A DNA stretch of 63,671 bases, filler included, from Collodictyon triciliatum (lineage: Eukaryota): the NCBI GenBank assembly GCA_043381765.1. It is 12 parts of 12 records of this genome, joined end to end, with 100 filler letters (N's around TTAATTAATTAA, not from the genome) between each part and the next. Parts side by side here need not be neighbours in the genome. Positions count along the whole stretch, not along the records: positions 52,076 to 57,094 come from JBHJMP010005549.1; positions 57,195 to 62,211 come from JBHJMP010005550.1; positions 62,312 to 63,671 come from JBHJMP010005677.1; 9 more parts are not named here. The stretch is one strand, 5' to 3'. Positions 54,013-63,671 of the stretch are shown piece by piece. The notes beneath the pieces are model-generated. The model saw only the letters and a program-made list of their open reading frames with translations, was not told the origin of the DNA and ran no database searches. Position 1 is the first letter of the stretch. Each line of letters starts with the position of its first letter. A program made the position numbers and the translations under genes.

Positions 54013-56953
54013 ATGGCCACGCGACCACGCCGCAGAGGGAGCCAACGCCGGGCAGTCGAGTTTTCGCTGGTTGTCTCCGAGCAGGTTGCACAGCGTTTGC
54101 AGCTGCAGGGGAAGAAGGACTGGGCCGACCAGACTTTGCCTGATTTGCTGTCGTCGCCGGTCTGCGTCACGTCGCTGCCGCTCGCTTTGCTGCCGGACGA
54201 CCCGAGCGACTCAGCGACGACCGCTCCGGCCGAAAAGGCAGACGAGACACACAATCCTTTGCGTGCGGAGGAAATCTACTTCGAGGGACTGCGCGCGGCG
54301 CTTCGTTGGACGTATCATTCGATCCGCCTTTTGCAATGCGGCCTGATTACGCGATGCTTGCCGAGCGTGCAGGAAATCATCATGTCCCATAACGAGGTGC
54401 CTCCCGACTTCTGAAGAGAATGCATATCGCCTTTTCTCTTTCTTTTTTCTTTTTCTTTTTTCTTTTTTCTTTTTCTTTTTCTTTTTTCTTTTTTCTTTTT
54501 TCTTTTTTCTTTTTTCTTTTTCTTTTTCTTTTTCTTTTTCTTTTTTCTTTTTCTTTTTCTTTTTCTTTTTCTTTTTCTTTTTCTTTTTCTCTTCTCTCTT
54601 TCTTTTTTCTCTTTCTTTTTTCTCTTTCTTTTTTCTCTTTCTTTTTTCTCTTTCTTTTTTCTCTTTCTTTTCTCTCTATCTTATTTCTTTTCTTTTTTCT
54701 CTATCTTATTTCTTTTCTGTTCTTTTCTTCGTTTTTTTTAGATTTGTCATCTTTTCAAAGTATAATACATCCTTTATTATGTCATTTTAACGTATCTAAT
54801 TGGTCTCTTTGTCTTGTTACTTATCTGTTGGTTAATGTCATTATGATCTCGTTGGTCTTTAATTATTTTTCCTTTTATTTATTTTTTGTCCTTCTGTTCA
54901 TTTTCATCTCTTTTTCATATGGCATAAGGCACATGTCTTTCGGTCTATTTCTTATTTTTCTGCCCTAATCCATCGAGATATATATATATATATTTAATTA
55001 TATCTTTATCAGTTGTCATTAAATAAATTACTATGTTAACGCACAGATCGATTCTCTCCCTGACGATATGGGCCTACTCCAAAGGCTCACATCCCTATCA
55101 GTGGAAAACAACATGGTTTGTAGGGCCGAGCAAATAAAGCAACATTCCACTTATTATCATTGTTGCGAAATCCTTCATGGTAATCCACAAGACTTTGCAA
55201 ACACAGATTTCACAACTTCCCGAGTCTTTATCACAGCTTACACTTCTGAAGATATTGTCCCTGCGCTGTAACAAGGTATCTGTATCTATATGATATGATA
55301 AACCTCATTCAGCTGATAAATTGTTTCTAAAATAATACCTATGTCGCAAACAGAATGACTGAACTCATCAGGATTTTTTTTTTTTATTATTCAAAATTGA
55401 TAAAACAGATTAAGCAGCTGTCTCCATCACTGTCCAACCTGCAATCACTCTCTAAACTTCGAGTTGGAATGAATCTGGTCTGCATCTTACATTCGTAATA
55501 TACAAGTTCACCTTTTCTCAGTATGATAATTCTCTTCTCCATCTCCTAGATTCCTTGTAATCTAATTTACGCTATTTTGATAAAAAAAATTGAGAGAATT
55601 TTTTTTGTATTATAGATTGCTTCATTTCCATCTGAATTGTCTAATCTTTTATCTCTTGAACATTTTGGATGCGACAAAAACCCGGTAAGGCCTAAATTAT
55701 AGGCGCACTCTCGCTTAAAGAATATAAAAGAGTGTTTGCTGCTATTCATGATATCTTTTCTTCATAATATATATGAATAACCGCCTCAGATACACGAAAT
55801 TCCACCTTTCATTTTTTCGCTGGCCTCCCTTGTTATGTTGGACTTCAGCCACAACCAGGCAATACGTTGAAACATTTTATTCTATACTACAAAAACAAAT
55901 AATATCTTAAAAAAACAGTCCGTTTTTCTCCTCAAAAAACTTATACTTGCTTAGATTCGAAACGTCCCATCAGAGCTCAGCCGACTGACAAACCTTGAAG
56001 GACTTCACTTGAATGGGTGTCTGGTAAGGATATATTGTCTCTATTCCAGTCCACTCCTCGATTTCTTGTCTTTTATTAATGTGAAAATCTTTAATCTTAT
56101 AGATTGAAAGAATTCCTCCCAGCATTTCGCATCTAGTAAAGCTAAAATATGCCCGATTCCGAGATAATAAACTTTCCTATGTGGATGCATGTGTTTGGGA
56201 CGCAATTGATTTTTCAAGAGACTCGTTAGAGTTGAGCGCAAGGAATCTCGTTTCAGTCCCAAATCATTTTACATACGTATCAAGGCTCCAATCAATAAAG
56301 TTTCATCGTTGTGGGGTGGGTCTTTGTCTGACTAAATCGTGTACAATATTACCTACAAAACAGTCAAATATTTATTTCTTCAGACTGTGTGCTTCTTTGG
56401 CGATTGTCCCATACTCATAATTCCAGGAGTGGTCTTTTTTTTTAAAAAATAAGTTAAGTGAAGAATTTTGGTGTTGATGACTGTTTTACTTACATATTTT
56501 TTTTTGTGCCGAAATAGATCACCGCCATCCCGAAATCAATATCGAACTTGCCTTTGCTTGAAACCGTGGACTTTGGTTCCAACAACGTAAACCCCTATTT
56601 TACATGCTTACAATGAAATACTTATGATAAATGTTTACCCTATAGTTTTCTACAATCTCATTCATTGAAACCACCGCTTCTCTAGATATCCGATATCCCA
56701 TCTACCTTATCCCTACTTACAAATCTTACATTTCTTTCACTGAGAGTCAATCAGGTTTCTGATTTCCACATTTTATTAGTCATTTTAAAATAATTTCTAC
56801 TTTGATGCTTCTAACTGATGTCGCTGAAATTCTCGATTATCAATTATCTCAGCTTTTCTTTTGCTTTATATTATTTCCTTGAAGATTCAAGAGCTTCGTG
56901 AGGTTTTTGATCCACTCACAAAAATAGAGCAGTTAATATTGAATTGTAATCAG
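54013..56953 (+). CDS. Leucine-rich repeat protein, 3'-truncated
   Basis: First exon 54013-54396, then 23-aa LRR exons such as IDSLPDDMGLLQRLTSLSVENNM and ISQLPESLSQLTLLKILSLRCNK. Confidence 0.93.
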
Positions 56954-58083
56954 GTAAGTTTATTTCTTCCTCACTATTTTTTTATTTTCTCTGTCTCTTT
57001 CTCTTTCTCTTTCTCTTTCTCTTTCTCTTTCTCTTTCTCTTTCTCTTTCTCTTTCTCTTTCTCTTTCTCTTTCTCTTTCTCTTTCTCTTTCTCTNNNNNN
57101 NNNNNNNNNNNNNNNNNNNNNNNNNNNNNNNNNNNNNNTTAATTAATTAANNNNNNNNNNNNNNNNNNNNNNNNNNNNNNNNNNNNNNNNNNNNTCCCGA
57201 TCTCCCGCAGGAGGCGGCGTTTGCGATCGGGCCAGCTTGGGCGAAGCTGCTGAAGGCGGAGGGCAGGTTCAGTTGCAGTGGGGCTGTTTGGAGCATCTTG
57301 GCGTCTGGTTCTGTCGGCTTCCCTTGGGTCTTGGTGTTTGGTTTCTGGGAGCTGCTTTGCTCTCTCTCTCCTTCTGCTTTCCGTGGGTTTTGGCTTTTGT
57401 TTGCTGTGATGAGTGTAGTTCCAACCGCACAGGCCGCTGATCGAAAATCCTGAAACCCTTTATATGCCGCCTGCTCCGAGGTGGTTCAGCGCGAGTCCGG
57501 CAAGAGATTCCTTGAAAATTCCGAATCACGAACAGGGTAATCATGCTATTTTTGGATATTCCAATCTCATTCTCAGGCTCCACACGTTTTCAAGATCAAA
57601 AAGTACTCAATTTGGCAAGGGCATTCCGAGACGGTATCTTTCTTTCATCATATAATTTAGATAATTTTAGAATGTTATTATATATATAAATTTAAAATTG
57701 GGGATATTGATAATGTAAAGGCGTTATATATTAAATTCCATAAATATAATTATACAAATATGGAATATTAATTTTTTTTATTAATATAGATGGCTTTTAA
57801 CATTCTTATACTATTTTAAGACTAATATTATTACATAATTTATAATGCATGATATTTTGGCAACCAAATAACCAGAGTGGTCGCTTAGCAGGAGGCAGAG
57901 CTTTGTTGCAGATCACACCCGTGCGATATTAATCTTTTTCTTTGAAAACAAACAAACAAACAAACAAACAAACAAACAAACAAACAAACAAACAAACAAA
58001 CAAACAAACAAACAAACAAACAAACAAACAAACAAACAAACAAACAAACAAACAAACAAAATATTTCGTTTTTCAGGGAAATA

Positions 58084-61000
58084 ATGATGCGTGGATCACT
58101 TCCGGAGGTTTCTCTCTTTGCAGAAGAACACGCCAACTCAGAAGCCAGGCCCGAAGCAAAGACCCAAACCGCCAGAAAAGCTCACTCCTCAGGATCAAAT
58201 TCTTCCTTTTCTATTGTCCCCGCCACAAAGCCAGGAAATAAGAAACTAAAAAAGCGCCACCAATCAGAAGGAGAAGCCTTTTCATCTCTGTCATTTGAGG
58301 GCAAGATGCACCAAAAAATGCATTCAAATAGGCTAAGCTCACTTCGCGAAAGTACCCATCAACAAAGATCTAATTCAGACAAAGAATCTGATGAAGAGAA
58401 AGATTTTCAATCACAATACATGTCTGATGCTACTAATGCATCTAGCAAAGTTTCATATGCGACCGCAGTCTACAAAAATGGTCGCCTTGTCATGCAAACA
58501 AAAGATGTAGAGTTTACTCGCATTCAACCCGGGTTTTTAGTCGATAACGGTGACATATTGGATGAAGAAAGAGGAACAGATATGTTGCAAGAGTTTGGCA
58601 TTAACCCCGATGAATACAAGACTGATTATAGTACATCGGATAATATTGCATCCATGGGTTTATCTCAAGTAAATGTATCTCACGACGATGCTAATCGTAA
58701 TACGATGCAATTATCAACATTAAGGAAAATGATCCACAAAAATGTTCATTCCTTTTGGAGAAATGTCGACACGTCATTTTACACGCTCAGGTACTATATT
58801 TTGTTAATCGAATCAAAATATGAGGATAATATTCATATATTTATAGTCTTTTTTAAAAATATATATCTCCTTGATTTTATGGTCTTATTTAAAATAACAC
58901 TTTGCTGTATTTTTTAAGTCTCCTTTTAAAAGTCGGAAACTATGTACAATTGCTTAGGTTTTCGGATGCGATTCTGGAGGAAAAATACAAGCAGACCATA
59001 CCTCCTAAAATGCACAGAAATTATATATTTATAAGCACTTTGTTTTTGCTCACTGCACTTTTTTGGATGATGGGCCTTGAATCATCGTATGTTTTCCTGG
59101 AAAAGAATTATTTAATTACGATATCATGACTCCATTTTTTCGTATCACAACCAGAGAGTGAAACTTACATTAGAAATTATGACAATAAAGAGACAACATC
59201 ATACGTGCCATCAATCTCACTCAAATAACCACGATGGTGCTTGGAATCGCCATGACTTATAAAAAGGAAAACCAAAAAAAGTGACATTCTTTATTATCAT
59301 GGTTATTATCTATAAAAAAAAAGAAATCCGTTATTCAAATAATTTATCTGTACATGTACACACATAGCCATTTAGGTTTTTGTTCAAATCTAATTAGGCC
59401 ATATCCTTCACTAACAACGATTCATTCATTTCCTATTTGGTTAGATACTACTTCTTTTTCTCTGTTCAAAATTTCATATCCGCATTATTGGGGAGTCTTT
59501 CTCTTATATTACTAAATGAAAAAAGCGAAGGGCCAACTATTCATGGATTTGGGACAATTTTTGTATGTATTTTACTAAAAAAATGATTATTTCACGTAAA
59601 TTTGTAATTTATCGCATTGAATAGTTGACTTTCCAACTTCCCAAAATAAACATCTTTCCCTTACAGGCAGCGACTACTTTTGTTACAACACTTTTTCGAT
59701 ATAGACTGAGAGATGTATTGGTATTATCAACGACATACACAGTATTTTACATTATTTCGATGGGTGTTTCTCATGGGTTAAGATATGCAACTGTTCCTTG
59801 GATAGCAACAATAATGGGACTATACACTTGTTATTTTTTAGAGTCATCCGATAGAGAGTAAGGATTTGCACGTTATGTGAGCATCGCCGAATATATTCAA
59901 ACAATTTCATAGTCGTATTTTAATACGTAATATTTATGATTCATAGGAAATTTATACATAATGAGAAATTCGAAATATGTCGGCAAATTCTACAGTACGA
60001 AGACGAGAAAGTATTTGATATCCTGAGGCTCCTTTACCCACGGTCTATATACTAAATCTAATATTTAGCCTTTCAATTTATTTTACCTTAAGATGCGAAT
60101 AGAAGCAATTTAACAATTCAAGGCCCCATCAAATTCTCTTAACTTGAACCATAGACAGAGGATTATGTGAACATTTAATATTTCGTTGAATAGTTGCCAT
60201 AATCTTGGTTGATTTGTAGGTGGTATGCTGACTATCTGAAAACAGAACCCATATCATCAGCTCCGTATTTTATCACTTACAAGGCACTCACTATGTTTAT
60301 ACGGATAAATTTGAAGAGTTCTTCAAGTATCACAGCGGAGCAAAGGCATACCACTTTTCGAAATGCAATAGAGTAAGTATTTTGTCAGTGTTACAATAAG
60401 TTTTTTTTCTTTTTCTTTTTCTTTTTCTTTTAAAATTGGCCATTCACTTCAATACGATGCATCCAAAAAATTATTTTTTCGATTCAAAGACCATTCATCC
60501 AAGATTATGTAACATTCTAGATTGATTGAAAATGCGATGGACAGGCATGCTTACTTCATTTGATTAGATATTTTCTTCCTTGTATTTTGATTTATATATT
60601 TGTGTTAAAAATTATACTGCCTTTCATCACAACATCTTAAAATGTTATTAGATACGGCTTCACAAAGATTAAAACTTTAAGTAGGAATAGCTTGTAAAAT
60701 AACATGAAAGCAAATTTAACTATAAGATGCATCGTTGTCACTTTTTTGTTTAAATACTTTTGTACACATGAAAAATTTCTAACTTATCCTGGTATTGCAT
60801 GAAAATCAATTAGACAATGAGATTCTGGTAAGCTATCAACATGCTCTGATAAATCTTGATTATAAAAGGATTTTGCTTTAGACTAATTTTATCTACATCA
60901 AGTCACTTTTTTTTTCTATGAAACAAAAGGCTACTACCGGTCTATTTCCTGGAGAACTCACAGTTACCCCAGAAGAAGCCATATTCTGCGTGAAAGAAAT

Positions 61001-62211
61001 CCAAACCACATTATCACAAAAGATCTCTAAATCAGATATTCAAGTAGATTATAATGATATATCCTTAATACAATACTAATATGGATCGAGTTTTAATTTC
61101 TAGCGCCCACATCTGTCTTAAAAATTAATTTTTTTTTTTTTAAAAAAAAAAGGTGGATACTTTATTTTCTCTGAGCATGGGCACCGTATACGGGGGTATT
61201 ATTATTAGCTCCACAAAGACGTTGGATGTATTTGGCCCAGGTTTTTTTTTCTTGTAATAATGCCATATTTTGAATCTTGATACAAAAAATAAAATAAAAT
61301 ATAATGCATCGACATCATAGAGCACATACTTTTAATGATTTGAATTCTCTGTTAGCTGTGGATGATGTACATAGAATGGCAGACTTGGCCGCTGCATTAA
61401 ATATAGACACGATTGTGTGTCAATCCCTTGCAAATATCTTTGGGGTTAGTCTCGTCAAATGACCCTTATGAGCTATTCAGTATCATTTATTTTATGTAAT
61501 TATATATCATTTTAAATTCACACAGAATAACTTGATTGTTTTCGCGCCACACACTCTGTCGTAAAATATTATAGAAAATCTGCAATGTAGACGAGAGACT
61601 GGTAAACACGCAGATAATTTACACAATTGATACAAATTCCATTAAGTCACTAGAAAGGGAAAACAGTTTCGAAAATATGATACATGCGAATCAAAATGCA
61701 GTCGAACAGGATAGTATCAAAGAATTACTAGATTTGGGCGGAGATACTTACCCTCCTGACCCCAAGGTGTGATATAGTGTTGTTTTGTAAAAGATTTTCT
61801 AGAATATAACCGTTAAAAAACAAGAGGCAATACGTTACGTTAATCCAAAATATAAGAAAAGCATACATAATCATTCTACTTTGACAATATCAAGGTTTTT
61901 TATCTTTATTTACGAACAAATTTCACCCAAATCTACTTGTAGACTAAAGTGACGACCTCAGTGAATACACGGAAATCGGATTTCGATGAGCACCCCATGG
62001 GCTTTGAAAAGCAAAAAGTTATTAGTCTTTCTTCTGAAAAAGTGATGGACATCCAGGACATTCGATGGTTATTCTGGGGGTCAAAAAAGACACTGAATTT
62101 TGCAAAATACCATCAGTATATTTCCGTCTTGATATTTTTCGTAACTGGTGCGATTGAGATATCGTTTCTTATGGACTACGGACTAGTTGAAAAGGATGCA
62201 ATCAAATGGAT
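58084..62211 (+). CDS. Membrane class III nucleotide cyclase-like protein (TM cluster, degenerate cyclase domain, start of a second TM cluster), 3'-truncated
   Basis: FYTLR|FSDAILEEKY, several TM exons, ILRLLYP, YGFTKIKTL, ATTGL, SMGTVYGGII, LDVFGP|AVDDVHRM. Confidence 0.75.
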
Positions 62212-62340
62212 NNNNNNNNNNNNNNNNNNNNNNNNNNNNNNNNNNNNNNNNNNNNTTAATTAATTAANNNNNNNNNNNNNNNNNNNNNNNNNNNNNNNNN
62301 NNNNNNNNNNNTTTTTTTTTTGTTGTTATTTTTATAAATG

Positions 62341-62381
<41 letters not shown>

Positions 62382-63671
62382 CGCTCATGCCAGAGATAAA
62401 ATGGTCACGAGAAATGGCTCCAGTATGGCAAAACAGATACCAAAGTATTACCACACAACATAGAGCAAAGAAGTCATGTAAGATAGAACAGCAGCCATCG
62501 CAGTCAGGGATTTTCTATTTGACTCGACCTTTCCCTTTTTCTTGTCGTGGTTCACCTCACTTCGATCACACCAACGACGCGATTCATCAAAGTTAGTCTG
62601 GCTGAATGACTTAGTTCATGAGTTGCGTAACGCCTTTGCGGTTTTGCCTGATCAAAAAAAACCGTGCCCGAAAAAGAAGTTTAAAAAAATGAAGAAGAGA
62701 GATGAAAAGAAAAGAAAAGAAAAGCCAGATGGACAGAAAATCGGTCTTTTTTGCCAACAAGAGGATGGCGCAGGAGAACGTCCAATTGAAGGCGCCGGGT
62801 GACAGTTTGCGTCGCTGGCGAATATCATATCAAAGGAAAAGAGGAAGGAAAGAAACTATTGTGTATTTAAATCTATGTGTGGCTCGCTATCATAATAAAT
62901 ATTAATATCGGATGATTAGAATAATGTATATATAGTTTGTGTGGTTTTCAAAAAGGGAAAGGAAATTTTGTATCTGGCTTTGCTGAGGCGAGAAAATTAA
63001 CCACAAGAAACGAACGGAGGAAAAAAAAGGATGCGATTGTTTGTTTCGAGAGGGAAAAAAACATTTGTGAGGGAAAAAAAGGAAGATTTTTTTGGTCGAT
63101 TTTTCCAGATATGTCTAGGATCAAGTGACAAAAATCCGATATGAAAGGTGTGCGCCAGAGGAGAAAAAGCAACAATACCCCTTGCCGGAGGGAGGAAGTG
63201 AGTCAGGGTGGGAGATTGATCCGATCAAGTGCCCTACAGGGGGAGAAAGCAGAGGCAATAGAAGGAATGGGCGGAGGAGGGCTGAGTCATAGAAAAAGGA
63301 AGAAGCAATATGATTGGTGGTGGCTTCATAAAAAGAAGCTTTTGGTTTTGGAACTCGGTAATGATCAACCTTCATCTTTTTCATCCGATTTTCCCATCAG
63401 AAAAAAAGGTAAAAAAATAATCGATCATTATTATTCAAAACTGATTAAAAATTACACGGGTGTTTGATTTGCTATTCGACTGAGATCCTTCATCTCGATT
63501 GACCTTTCAATTATTCTTTTTTTTTCTTGATAACTATCGGATCCGATCGAAATAACCAGTTTTTTTTTTTGTTATCTGTTTTGTTTTTGTTTTTGTTTTT
63601 GTTTTTGTTTTTGTTTTTGTTTTTGTTTTTGTTTTTGTTTTTGTTTTTGTTTTTGTTTTTGTTTTTGTTTT

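Noticed and set aside
52351-56953. Single PH-LRR fusion gene
   Set aside because: The PH gene has a terminal exon with a stop at 53840-53842, and the LRR gene has its own ATG at 54013.
57195-57296. Possible minus-strand gene start (MLQTAPLQLNLP...)
   Set aside because: Only ~34 codons before the contig end, with no motif.
62292-63671. Short ORFs in the last contig
   Set aside because: No consistent exon chain or recognisable domain.

Overview
Eukaryotic, AT-rich, intron-dense, microsatellite-rich DNA from a protist (amoeboid-like; species not assignable from sequence alone). The window is not one locus. It is about 12 unplaced pieces joined by an artificial 100-nt spacer (44 N + TTAATTAATTAA + 44 N), mostly ~5 kb contigs in order of decreasing size, so adjacency across spacers means nothing. 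Host genes reconstructed by hand from GT/GC-AG exons: GMC oxidoreductase, FHA-kinase, Sec20, ankyrin protein, glutamine synthetase II (5' end), EF-hand protein, NHL beta-propeller protein, Mak16, N-CoR/Snt1-like SANT protein, importin-4, CELF/Bruno RRM protein, PH protein, LRR protein and a membrane class III cyclase-like protein. There are also tRNA-Val(GAC) and tRNA-Leu(AAG) genes. The most unusual stretch is a ~4 kb intron-free, tightly packed island of orphan genes (5668-~9700), all carrying frameshifts or in-frame stops. It looks like a decaying endogenous dsDNA virus element, although no hallmark viral gene is recognisable. Other highlights: an LRR gene with nine exact 69-nt one-repeat exons, a hyper-GC first exon with a G/C skew flip in importin-4, a eukaryote-type tRNA-Val with a G34 anticodon, and a cyclase domain lacking both metal-binding aspartates. 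All protein calls come from motif recognition, not database searches.
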